Shown here piece after piece: positions 39,703 to 49,343 of a DNA stretch of 64,000 bases. Below the pieces are notes generated by a model. That model was not told the origin of the DNA. It searched no databases and saw nothing but the letters and a program-made list of their open reading frames with translations. The DNA comes from Candidatus Velesiimonas alkalicola (GTDB lineage: Bacteria; Omnitrophota; Gorgyraeia; Velesiimonadales; Velesiimonadaceae), in contig NDHX01000001.1 of the NCBI GenBank assembly GCA_013626165.1, positions 36,817 to 100,816 of the forward strand. The letters run 5' to 3'. The position numbers were made by a program, and so were the translations under genes. Numbering within the stretch: the stretch's first letter is position 1; the number at the start of each line of letters is the position of its first letter.

Positions 39703-39740
39703 ATTGCTCCGCAACTTCGTTTGTGCTGGAAACGTTAAGC
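39672..39740 (+). mobile_element. attC-like recombination site 2
   Basis: CGCTAAC ... GTTAAGC ends, perfect inner arms CAGCACAAACGA/TCGTTTGTGCTG. Confidence 0.78.
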
Positions 39741-39752
39741 GAAACGGCGGTT

Positions 39753-40012
39753 TCAAAATGAATTGTGAATAGTGCTGGGATTCTGTCCGAACATATCTGC
39801 TACTTGGTAACAGTTAAACCCTTGGCTAACCAGAAGAATTCCATGCAGCCGGTGGTCATATCGGGACTTATCCGAACGGTGTATCTCTTGCTGAACTGCA
39901 ATTTTCATAACTGGTGCATCGGCAATTTCCAGTCTTTTCATACGCCTCCTTCTTTAAGGAGGCATTTTATCACAGTTCGGTTTATAACGCAAAATTTATG
40001 ATGCTATGTATA
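39753..40012 (-). mobile_element. IS630-like element remnant (left end plus N-terminal HTH, truncated)
   Basis: RYDHRLHGILLV..G..CYQVADMFG HTH fragment after GGAGG RBS; end-like ACATAGCATCATAAATTTTGCG next to TA. Confidence 0.6.
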
Positions 40013-40269
40013 GTATGCCTTTGCTTGGTCAAAAAGAAGTTTTGAATCTGAAATTAAGTTGTATCCCTTTGCCTCAATTAAAAATCTTTGCCTTAAACTC
40101 AGGAATGGCTGGAGTTGGTTCAGTAACAGAGATTATCAAAAAACTTTTGGAAAATGAAGTAGACGAAAAGACAGTTAATGAATTTATCAAACAAAGATAT
40201 GAAGAGAAAATCCGAGAACGAAAAGCGGTTATTTCTGATGAAGATTTGAAAAAAGAATTGTTAAAATGA
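40006..40269 (+). pseudogene. Probable 3' fragment of an unknown gene
   Basis: Coding-like charged C-terminus; 5' end abuts the IS remnant; no family recognised. Confidence 0.3.
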
Positions 40270-40389
40270 AACAAAAAAAGAGATTAAGGAAAAGAAGAAG
40301 ATAAAGATAGAAAAGACAGAAGAATATGCGACCTTAATTATCCACTCCTTAGAGACTGATAATTTAAGAAAGTGCAATATAAACCTTAA

Positions 40390-40723
40390 AAATAATGGAT
40401 TAATCACCAATCTACTTGATGGTTGTTGTGTGGAGGTTCCTGGCCTGGTAAGTAGGGAAGGGATAAGGCCTATCTATATTGGAGATCTACATTTGGGTCC
40501 GGCATCCTACTGTAGCAGAATAGTCTTTGCCCAGGCTTTAACCGTAGAAGCTCACTTTTCAAAAAATAAGGACCTGGTCTATCAGGCGCTTTTAGCCGAC
40601 CCTTTAACCAGTAGCACCTTAAAGATCAATAAGATAGTAGATATGGCAGATGAGTTTTTTAAAAAAGAAGAGAAATATTTTTCACAATTTAAAAAAGAAG
40701 ATGATATAATAACAGTCAAATAA
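40390..40723 (+). pseudogene. GH4 family glycosidase C-terminal fragment
   Basis: NNGLITNL..CCVEVP, LTVEA, VYQALLADPLT. Confidence 0.75.
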
Positions 40724-40779
40724 TGTTGGTGAAAACACTGGATCAGGGATAAGATAACCATGGTCTGGGGAGTAGCTCG

Positions 40780-41758
40780 GTTATATTATAGGTTGTATTT
40801 TTTTCTGGGGCTTAATTGACCCTGTGAAGAAGATCAATCAAGCCTATAACCGAATAGTCACCATAGGATTTGGCCCAGAATAGGAGGATGGTGTTTACCG
40901 ACAAATAGCACTGCTTCAGAAAACTACAACCAAAGAAAAGAGTGTAGCGATGAAGAAATAAATAGGAGTAGATGGACACAAGACAAGGGTGTAGAAGCAT
41001 TCAAGAAGACACTGAATAAGAGCAATGAGGCAGCGGTAGAATCAACAGGCAACACTTATGTATTTGCCAGAAAGATAAAGGGCAAAGTTAAGGCAGTCAG
41101 GATAATCAATCCTACGCAATTTAAGATTATCTCTGCTTTAAGTGAAGAAAACAGATGAGCACGATACGGTAACAATAAGCAAGGTATTTTAAGCAAAGGG
41201 TTAATCCTAAGAGATAAGGATGCTCAACAAAAGAAGAATTGCAGATAGCCAGTCTCATATGCACACGGGATAAATTTGTAAAGCTAAGAAATTGTTTAAA
41301 AAATAAAATCTACAATATCTTTAATGCTAATGATATAATTATCAAGCGTGAAGTTTTTGGTTCCAAGAAAAAATTAGATAAAGTTTTGGCCCTTGATATT
41401 AAATTAAGCTATCAATTTGAGCAGAAGATAATTGTTAAGTAGATACACAGCCTTAACAATTCAATTGACAAGATAAACGAAGAACTTAACAAAGAAGTGT
41501 AAGAAATTACAGCATTAGTGCAATCAATGTTCATTGCGATAAGGTATAATCTGTATTTAAAAAAATTTTATTTCAGACCTAAAGCCAAAAAAGGGCAGTG
41601 GCAAGGCAATTTATAGATACCACTAGAAAGTTTTTAACTATAATTTACCGTATCTTAAAGAATAAATGAGTGTTTGAAGATTTTAATAAATTCAAACTAG
41701 CGATAAATATTTAATAATACGGTTTTTAAAGTAGAAAATTATTGACTGTTAACATAGG
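40780..41758 (+). mobile_element. Degraded IS110-family element (transposase pseudogene ~40950-41715)
   Basis: MKK*IGVDGH, AVESTGN, INP, KKTDEHD, R..L.N, RKFLTIIYRIL with stops, frameshifts and deletions. Confidence 0.8.
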
Positions 41759-42247
41759 ATGAAAATGAAAGTTAGAAGATTTAAGCCGGAGGATAGTAAG
41801 TCCGCCTCCAAGATTATGATTGAGGCCTTTAGATCTTTCATTGGGGAAAGGCTCAGCCAGTTAGATTTGAAGTCTTTTTCTTCACAAGTTCTCAGAAAGA
41901 CCAGCAATACCAAAAGAGATAATTCAGAAACAGTCTCTTATGTTGTCGAAGAGGATGGAAGAATATTAGGGTATATACAGGGTTCTGCAACTACCCGCGG
42001 TTTGGGTTCTTTGAATGTTGTGGGGGTTGATCCCAAATTTTTCCACAAGGGCATAGGAACAGCCCTGATGAGGAAAATGGAAGAGTTCTGGAAAAGGAAG
42101 AAACAGCGAAAGGTTTCTACTTGTGTTTCCGCTCATAATACCAGAGCTCTTGTCTATTATTTGAAGAATCGGTTTATTCCGGTGGGTTATCAAAAAGAAC
42201 ATTTTATGGTGGGGGTGGATGAAATAGTTTTGGATCGATTCTTATAA
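41759..42247 (+). CDS. GNAT family N-acetyltransferase
   Basis: VDPKFFHKGIGTALM motif A, NTRAL.YY...F. Confidence 0.9.
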   Translation: MKMKVRRFKPEDSKSASKIMIEAFRSFIGERLSQLDLKSFSSQVLRKTSNTKRDNSETVSYVVEEDGRILGYIQGSATTRGLGSLNVVGVDPKFFHKGIGTALMRKMEEFWKRKKQRKVSTCVSAHNTRALVYYLKNRFIPVGYQKEHFMVGVDEIVLDRFL

Positions 42248-42538
42248 AAAGTTGTAATATTTTGTTGCCAGGGCCGGCTCACTTATGACCAATTAGTCAA
42301 ATATGTTTCCGAAAAGTTAAATTTTCCCGTGGTGGAATTTGAGTACGATGGCTTCTACAACTTTGAGCATAACATCGCCAAGGCAAGGTTTATTTTAGGG
42401 TATAATTCCCGAGGCGATATCTTCAAAATAGTAGATTCTGCAATCGCTTTCTGTAAAGCAGGCAGGAAGCCGGATCAAAACCAAATATATCGGCTAAAAA
42501 GTATATTCGCATACAAAAGAGGAGGGATATATGCGTAA
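42248..42538 (+). pseudogene. Possible C-terminal fragment of an NAD-dependent epimerase/dehydratase
   Basis: NIAKARFILGY resembles the DxxKAxxxLGY tail; no Rossmann N-terminus. Confidence 0.35.
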
Positions 42539-43127
42539 GGATGTTATTTTTATTTGTTCGTTAGTTCTTTGTTTGTTCATTGTTTCGGGTTGTAAAAGAC
42601 CACTAAAGGCAACAAGACAGGAGATTGCACAAGAGGAGTTGGTAATTGGCTATGCGGTTGGATACAATCCCCGTATTGCAGAAGTACAGCTTCTGTTAAA
42701 GCAGGCTGGTTTTGATCCGGGTGTAATTGATGGAACCATGAATTCCTCTACAAGAAAGGCCGTTTTTCACTTTCAGGAATCAAAAGAACTTCGTGCAACA
42801 GGAGTTGTAGATGATAAAACATGGGTACGTCTTCAGTCTTTTGCAATAGTTCCAGTAGAAGAATTTGTGCAGACACAAGAGCGTGCTCAAGTAGTACAAC
42901 CACCCGTAATACCTGTCCAACCCGAGGTAAAAATTCCAGAGAGACCCACAGTTAGAGACATACAAAGAGCATTAAAAAACGCAGGATATGATCCGGGGCC
43001 GATAGATGGTATAATAGGAAGAAGGACAAAGAGAGCAATTATTGATTTTCAAAAAGCAAACAGACTTTCGCCAGATGGTATAGTTGGGAGGAAGACATGG
43101 GGAAAATTAGGTCCTCATCTTAGATAA
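42531..43127 (+). CDS. Lipoprotein with two peptidoglycan-binding domains
   Basis: VSGC lipobox; two Q..L...G.DPG.IDG..FQ...L..G.V...TW repeats. Confidence 0.88.
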   Translation: MRKDVIFICSLVLCLFIVSGCKRPLKATRQEIAQEELVIGYAVGYNPRIAEVQLLLKQAGFDPGVIDGTMNSSTRKAVFHFQESKELRATGVVDDKTWVRLQSFAIVPVEEFVQTQERAQVVQPPVIPVQPEVKIPERPTVRDIQRALKNAGYDPGPIDGIIGRRTKRAIIDFQKANRLSPDGIVGRKTWGKLGPHLR

Positions 43128-43137
43128 AGAGACTTTC

Positions 43138-44682
43138 TTGGATAATATCTATTTTAAATTATTTGCTAAAAAGTGCATCCTTGTTGTAATCTTGGTTGCA
43201 CTTTTTGTTTCTTGCTCTGTTTTTTTGAAAGAAATTAACAAAACAAGGCAGAGGTATGACCTTTCAAGCAACTTGCTTGCGAAAAACATGCCCCCAACCC
43301 TTGCCCTTGCATCATCTGTTTTAGGAGGGTTCAGGAGTATACTGGTGAACGCGCTATGGATAAGGGCGCAGAACCTTCAACAAGAGGGTAAATTTTTTGA
43401 ACTTGTCCAGCTTTACGATTGGATTGCCAGTCTTCAACCCCGCCTTCTCCATGTGTGGGCGTTTAGCGCATGGAATATGGCATATAATATCTCTGCTCAA
43501 CTTTCCACTCCGCAGGACAGATGGTTATGGGTTCAGAATGGTATTGGTGTGATAAGAGATAAAGGATTGCTGCATAATCCCCAAAGCTACTTTCTTTTAA
43601 GAGAGCTTGCATGGATTTTTAATCACAAGATAGGAGGGTATTCAGATGATTTTAATTGGTATTATAAACAAAGACTTGCAGAATCTATACAAAGGGCCTT
43701 AGGGGGCGGAGATATAAAAACAATCATCGGTATTCCTGAAAGTGAAACAAATATTGACAAGGATATACTTGAATTTTCTGAAAAAATGAGGATGAAAGAT
43801 TGGAGAGGTTGGGACGACTTTTCACCCATTGAATCACTTGAAAGGATTGAAAACTCACAACAAGAGGAAGCATTTTTAAGATTTCTTGGGGCAAGATATA
43901 TAACAAAATCTCTTAAGATGGATATAGATTATATGTATTTGCTCCAAAAAAAATATCCCGGTCTTGACTGGAGAGAATCTAATGCACATAGCCTTTACTG
44001 GGCATCAAGAGCAGAACCTCTTACCCATGAAGATGATTTTGAGTTTCTTTCCACACAGAGGTTGATATATTCTTCTCTTCTCGGTATTTTCAGACAGGGC
44101 AATATTACATTTAGTGAAAAAGACGGTGAAAGATACTTCATATCCGGTCCACAGTTAAAAATTGCAAATAGTATAAACCGGTATTTTGAAGAACTTATAA
44201 ACAGGGCATGGCAGGATGAAAATATTATATCAGGCGTAAGATCTGCTCATAATACATTTTTAAGAGAGGCTATTATATCGTTTTATCTGTCAAAGAAGAT
44301 AAAAGATGCAGTCCATTTTTACTCTGTTATAAAAAAATATTATCCCGGTGAAGATACAGGTCTTCCTCTTGAACATTTTGTTTTAAGACAGATTCTTGAC
44401 ATAAGGGATGCAGGCAGAAGCAGAACACTGATGGTTATATATGGACTGATAAATGAAAGTTTTCTTTCACTTGCCACAGGAGATAGAGAAAGGTTTGAGG
44501 GTTCATATCAGGTTGCATCTTTTATATGGAAAAAATATCAGGAACAATTTGGTCAGGATGAAAGGACAAGCCTTCCTGCATTAGAGGATATTAAAAAAAG
44601 AGTTATTGAAGAATTATCCGGAGTGTTTCCAGAAATATTCAAAAACTTGAAAAACCAGAACCAAAAGGCACTGGAACGATAA
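43138..44682 (+). CDS. Uncharacterised membrane-anchored protein (planctomycete 'IRE-like' family)
   Basis: LGGFR..VNALW, LQP...VW.F.AWNMAYNIS, RW.WV..GI. Confidence 0.6.
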   Translation: MDNIYFKLFAKKCILVVILVALFVSCSVFLKEINKTRQRYDLSSNLLAKNMPPTLALASSVLGGFRSILVNALWIRAQNLQQEGKFFELVQLYDWIASLQPRLLHVWAFSAWNMAYNISAQLSTPQDRWLWVQNGIGVIRDKGLLHNPQSYFLLRELAWIFNHKIGGYSDDFNWYYKQRLAESIQRALGGGDIKTIIGIPESETNIDKDILEFSEKMRMKDWRGWDDFSPIESLERIENSQQEEAFLRFLGARYITKSLKMDIDYMYLLQKKYPGLDWRESNAHSLYWASRAEPLTHEDDFEFLSTQRLIYSSLLGIFRQGNITFSEKDGERYFISGPQLKIANSINRYFEELINRAWQDENIISGVRSAHNTFLREAIISFYLSKKIKDAVHFYSVIKKYYPGEDTGLPLEHFVLRQILDIRDAGRSRTLMVIYGLINESFLSLATGDRERFEGSYQVASFIWKKYQEQFGQDERTSLPALEDIKKRVIEELSGVFPEIFKNLKNQNQKALER

Positions 44683-44684
44683 AG

Positions 44685-44769
44685 AGCCTGTGAACTCTAA
44701 TTCCCCTTACCAAGCACCAGAGCACCAGCCACCTCGTCACCTGTTCTATGGGAGTTGTACTCACAGGCT
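44685..44769. repeat. Small MITE-like element with AGCCTGTGA terminal inverted repeats
   Basis: AGCCTGTGA...TCACAGGCT enclosing GCACCAG-type repeats. Confidence 0.45.
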
Positions 44770-44811
44770 TTATAATACTGTCTGTGTGGAGAGAGTGTCT
44801 TTTTAAAATAT

Positions 44812-45444
44812 ATGGATGGAATACTTCTTGTTGATAAGCCTCAGGGCTGGACATCTCATGATGTTGTTGCATATATAAGAAAGAAATTTAAGATAAAAAA
44901 GGTTGGACACTGTGGAACACTTGATCCTCTTGCAACGGGGCTTCTTATTGTTCTGTTGGGCAAGTCTACAAAAACTTCAAAAGAATTTTTGCCATATGAA
45001 AAAACATACTCAACGGTTATGAAGATTGGTGCCACAACCAACACAGGCGATAGACAGGGGAATATAACACAGGTATTTGAAGATAAGAAATTAGAGAAGA
45101 AACAGATTGTCCAGGCACTTCAGACATTTCTGGGCGAGAGTTTTCAAGTGCCACCTATGGTAAGTGCAATCAAAATAAGGGGTAGAAAACTATATGAGAT
45201 GGCAAGAAAAGGAATAAAGGTGCAAAGAAAACCTAAACTTATAAAAATATCAAAAATAGAATTTATAGAATACAATCACCCTTATATAAGTTTTAATGTT
45301 AGATGTTCAGGCGGAACATATATAAGAAGCCTTATAGAGGATATCGCAAAAAAGATTAATACAGGTGCACACATGACATATTTAAGAAGAATCCGTATAG
45401 GTGAATTTGATGTCCAGGATGCTCTGCCACCTACACACATATGA
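44812..45444 (+). CDS. truB: tRNA pseudouridine(55) synthase
   Basis: DKPQGWTSHD, GHCGTLDPLATG, PPMVSAIK, CSGGTYIRSL. Confidence 0.96.
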   Translation: MDGILLVDKPQGWTSHDVVAYIRKKFKIKKVGHCGTLDPLATGLLIVLLGKSTKTSKEFLPYEKTYSTVMKIGATTNTGDRQGNITQVFEDKKLEKKQIVQALQTFLGESFQVPPMVSAIKIRGRKLYEMARKGIKVQRKPKLIKISKIEFIEYNHPYISFNVRCSGGTYIRSLIEDIAKKINTGAHMTYLRRIRIGEFDVQDALPPTHI

Positions 45445-45475
45445 GGCTTGTTCAGTGGTTGAAAAATAAAAAGTT

Positions 45476-47263
45476 ATGGAACAAAATCTTATAAGAAATT
45501 TTTGTATTATTGCCCATATTGACCATGGGAAATCCACACTTGCAGACAGGTTGTTGCAAGCAACAGGTGCGGTTGGTGAAAGGGAGTTTAAGAACCAAAT
45601 TCTTGATGATATGGAACTTGAAAGGGAAAGGGGTATAACCATAAAAGCATCGGCTGTTCGTATAAATTATAGAGCAGATGATGGAAATGTTTATACACTG
45701 AACCTTATTGATACGCCCGGACATGTTGATTTTTCTTACGAAGTATCAAAGGCACTTGCATCCTGTGAAGGGGCAATACTTGTTGTGGACGCATCTCAGG
45801 GGATTGAGGCTCAAACTGTTGCCAATTTTAATCTTGCCCGCGGTCAGGGGCTTAAGATAATACCTGTTATAAATAAGATTGACCTTCCGAATGTGGATAC
45901 TGAAAATGTCCGACAAGAACTGTTTAATGTCCTTCACATAGAAGATGAACCAATCTATGCAAGTGCTAAAACTGGTGCAGGTATAAAAGAAATATTGGAA
46001 AGAATTATAAAGGATATACCACCTTCTTCCGGGAATCCAGATGAATTATTGCAGGCACTTATATTTGATTCAAAATATGATGTTCACAGGGGTGTTATTA
46101 TATATGTAAGGGTATTTAACGGAAGACTTAAATCAAGACAGAAGATAAGACTTGTAGCAACAGGAAATAGTTATGAGACCATTGAGGTAGGAGTATTTGT
46201 TCCAAAGCCGCAAAAGGTGGAAACCTTAAGCACAGGTGAGGTGGGATACATCATTGCCAATATAAAGGATGCAACGCTTGTAAGAACAGGCGATACCGTA
46301 ACAGATGACAAAAACCCCTGTATTACGCCTTTACCAGGTTACGAGCCGTTAAAACCATTAGTATTCTGCGGCATATATCCGGTGAATAATAAGGATTTTG
46401 AGATGTTAAAAGAGGCAATGTTCAAACTCCATCTTACGGATGCATCCTTCACATTTGAGCCTGAAAAATCCTCTTCAATAGGTGTTGGTTTCAGGTGTGG
46501 ATTTATGGGGCTTTTACATATGGATATAATACAGGAAAGACTTGAAAGAGAGTTTGGCTTAAATATTGTTGCAACAACCCCCAGTGTGGCATACAGGGTA
46601 TTAACAACAGATGGGAATATTATTGAGGTAGATAGTCCTTCTAAATTTCCTTCTGCACAAAAAATTAAAAAAATACAAGAGCCCATGATATTGGCGCTTT
46701 TGATAGTTCCTTCAGAAAGCATAGGACCTTTAATGCAGGAGGCTATAGAAAGAAGAGGGGTTTTACATTTAAGTGAATACATAAAGTCAGACACTGTTAT
46801 GTTAAGGTTTGAATTTCCTCTTTCAGAGGTTATAGTGGATTTTTATAACAGACTAAAATCTATTACCCGTGGATATGGTTCTATGGATTATGAACGGACA
46901 GGCTACAGGGATGCCAATCTTGTAAAACTTGACATTCTTGTGCAGGGGGAGATTTTAGAGCCGCTTTCTACAATAATTGTCTGTGAGAGGGCTTATCAGA
47001 GAGGGAAAAAATTAATTGAGAAATTAAAAGAACAGATACCAAGGCATCTTTTTGAGATTCCGTTACAGGCAGCAATAGGCGGGAAAATTATTGCAAGAGA
47101 AACTATCAGGCCACTGGGGAAGAATGTAACTGCAAAGTGCTATGGAGGGGATATTACAAGGAAAAGGAAATTGTGGGAAAAACAAAAAGAGGGCAAAAAG
47201 AGGATGAAACAGTTTGGAAGAATTCAAATCCCGCAAGGTGCATTTTTTGCAGTAATGAAATAA
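45476..47263 (+). CDS. lepA: Elongation factor 4
   Basis: AHIDHGKSTLADR, GFRCGFMGLLH, AKCYGGDITRK. Confidence 0.98.
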   Translation: MEQNLIRNFCIIAHIDHGKSTLADRLLQATGAVGEREFKNQILDDMELERERGITIKASAVRINYRADDGNVYTLNLIDTPGHVDFSYEVSKALASCEGAILVVDASQGIEAQTVANFNLARGQGLKIIPVINKIDLPNVDTENVRQELFNVLHIEDEPIYASAKTGAGIKEILERIIKDIPPSSGNPDELLQALIFDSKYDVHRGVIIYVRVFNGRLKSRQKIRLVATGNSYETIEVGVFVPKPQKVETLSTGEVGYIIANIKDATLVRTGDTVTDDKNPCITPLPGYEPLKPLVFCGIYPVNNKDFEMLKEAMFKLHLTDASFTFEPEKSSSIGVGFRCGFMGLLHMDIIQERLEREFGLNIVATTPSVAYRVLTTDGNIIEVDSPSKFPSAQKIKKIQEPMILALLIVPSESIGPLMQEAIERRGVLHLSEYIKSDTVMLRFEFPLSEVIVDFYNRLKSITRGYGSMDYERTGYRDANLVKLDILVQGEILEPLSTIIVCERAYQRGKKLIEKLKEQIPRHLFEIPLQAAIGGKIIARETIRPLGKNVTAKCYGGDITRKRKLWEKQKEGKKRMKQFGRIQIPQGAFFAVMK

Positions 47264-47269
47264 AAAAAC

Positions 47270-48640
47270 ATGGAACAAACAAATCTTACACCCAAAGAGA
47301 CTGATTATGCGGTATTGATGGTCGAAAGACAGGCAGGACTTATGGGTGTTTGGGCCGCATTTTTTATCCCTACCTCTGTGTTCATTATAGGTTTTTTACA
47401 AAAAATGGGCGCTTCTGCATGGCATATAGGTATCCTTTCTTCTCTTGGAATTTTCTTCCAGACTGCAACACTTCTCGGTTCATATATTTTTGAAAAATAT
47501 GGAAAGCCCAGGGACATTATGGTTGGGTTTATATCATCAGCAATGATTGTGAGATTTTTTATAGCCCTTATCCCATTTCTTTTTTTAAGTCTCTCATCAG
47601 ATGTTAAAATTTCAATAGTTCTTTTTATACTTTTTACTTCTGTTGGTATAAATGTTATTGGTAGCGCACCCTGGATACCGTGGTTGTCATCAATAGTTTC
47701 TACTGAAAACTGGGGAAAATTCTGGGCAAAACAGAATATGATAGTTATCTGCGGTGGTGTGCTCACAACACTTATTGCAACTAAAATTCTTGATATATTC
47801 TATTCAAATATAACATTTCTTTTGCTTTTTGCAATAGGAACAGTATTCGGGCTTGCCGCTGTAAAAGTTATTGCCAAAATTCCTCAGATTAATATTCAAC
47901 CTGAAAAAATTGATTTTTTAAAACTTATTACACTGCCCTTCAAATCGCGTCTTTTTAAAAATTTTGCTATATATGCCAGTTTTTTCTCTTTTGCAAGGTC
48001 AATAACACTTGGTTTTGGAATTCTCTATATGTTGGATATTCTTAAATTAAGTTATTTTCAGATAGGTATATATTCTACCATTGGAGCGATTGTTTCTGTA
48101 TTTGCATTTGGGTTCTGGGGACATTGGGTGGATGTATTCGGAAGTAAGCCTGTTTTGTCCATAGCAACTGTTTTACTTGGGATCTCATCTTTTCTTTGGC
48201 TTTTCAGCACAGAAAATTTTACATTTATTGTTCCTTTTATATTTCTATTAGATGCAATCTCAGCACCTGCACATACTATTGCATTTTTCAAATTCCAGAT
48301 AAGTTCTTCTCCGGTAAAAAAAAGATCCGTTTATCTTTCTGCTATGACAATTATAGTCAGTATCTGCGGAGGATTTGCCCCACTTTTGGGGGGCGCTATA
48401 GCACAAAGTTTGAAGGACTGGTCTTTTAGTATAAAGTTCTGGACAGTATATAATCTTCATATACTTTTTGCAGTATCTTCAGTTTTAACATTTCTTACAA
48501 TGTTCGGGTTAAAACTTGTAGAAGAAGCCAACAAATACAGAGCAAAAGATGTTATAAAAACAATATTTACAGAAGAGGGCCGACATGTTGTAAAGGCCCA
48601 AATACATTTGGTGATAAGAGGATTTGGAATTATTGGATAG
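47270..48640 (+). CDS. MFS transporter
   Basis: About 12 hydrophobic segments, WGHWVDVFGSK loop motif. Confidence 0.8.
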   Translation: MEQTNLTPKETDYAVLMVERQAGLMGVWAAFFIPTSVFIIGFLQKMGASAWHIGILSSLGIFFQTATLLGSYIFEKYGKPRDIMVGFISSAMIVRFFIALIPFLFLSLSSDVKISIVLFILFTSVGINVIGSAPWIPWLSSIVSTENWGKFWAKQNMIVICGGVLTTLIATKILDIFYSNITFLLLFAIGTVFGLAAVKVIAKIPQINIQPEKIDFLKLITLPFKSRLFKNFAIYASFFSFARSITLGFGILYMLDILKLSYFQIGIYSTIGAIVSVFAFGFWGHWVDVFGSKPVLSIATVLLGISSFLWLFSTENFTFIVPFIFLLDAISAPAHTIAFFKFQISSSPVKKRSVYLSAMTIIVSICGGFAPLLGGAIAQSLKDWSFSIKFWTVYNLHILFAVSSVLTFLTMFGLKLVEEANKYRAKDVIKTIFTEEGRHVVKAQIHLVIRGFGIIG

Positions 48641-48658
48641 ATAAAGGAGATAAAAAAT

Positions 48659-49246
48659 ATGGTGTTATTAAGGCACAGCAGGATTATCTGTGGATGGATA
48701 AAAGACCTTTTCTGGGCCGGGATATATGCAAGTATTATCATTGTATTTATTGTGCAGGCATTTAAAATCCCTTCAGGTTCAATGCGTGATGCACTTTTAG
48801 AAGGAGACAGGATATTGGTAAATAAATTTATATTCGGGGTCAAAATTCCTTGGACAAACATCAAACTACCTGCAATAAGAAAACCAAAACAAGGGGATAT
48901 TGTGGTTTTTTTATACGATAAAGAAGGCGTTAAAAATAGGAAAGATTATGTGAAAAGACTTATTGCAACAGGCAACCAAAAAGTTGAGATAAAAAAGGGC
49001 AGTGTTCTTATAGATGGACAGCCTGCAACACATCAAAAAGTATTAAGCCTCTGGTATAGGAATGCTGCCCCTTATGGCTTGGAGGCTCAGCCTGTTATTG
49101 TCCCGGAAGATAGTTATTATGTTTTAGGAGATAACTCATTCAGCAGTAAAGATTCCAGACACTGGGGATTTGTCCCAAATCATAATATTATAGGTCTTGC
49201 CTTTTTCAGATATTGGCCCTTACATAGAATAGGATTTTTAAAGTAG
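48659..49246 (+). CDS. lepB: Signal peptidase I
   Basis: IPSGSM, YVKRLI, GDN...S.DSR.WG. Confidence 0.95.
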   Translation: MVLLRHSRIICGWIKDLFWAGIYASIIIVFIVQAFKIPSGSMRDALLEGDRILVNKFIFGVKIPWTNIKLPAIRKPKQGDIVVFLYDKEGVKNRKDYVKRLIATGNQKVEIKKGSVLIDGQPATHQKVLSLWYRNAAPYGLEAQPVIVPEDSYYVLGDNSFSSKDSRHWGFVPNHNIIGLAFFRYWPLHRIGFLK

Positions 49247-49343
49247 AACGAACTGTTATGGGTGGATGACTATTAGATTGTAGTTGCCTATATCCCAAAT
49301 AACCTAAAAGAAGACAGTCTGAACAACCTGAATAGTAGCCTAT

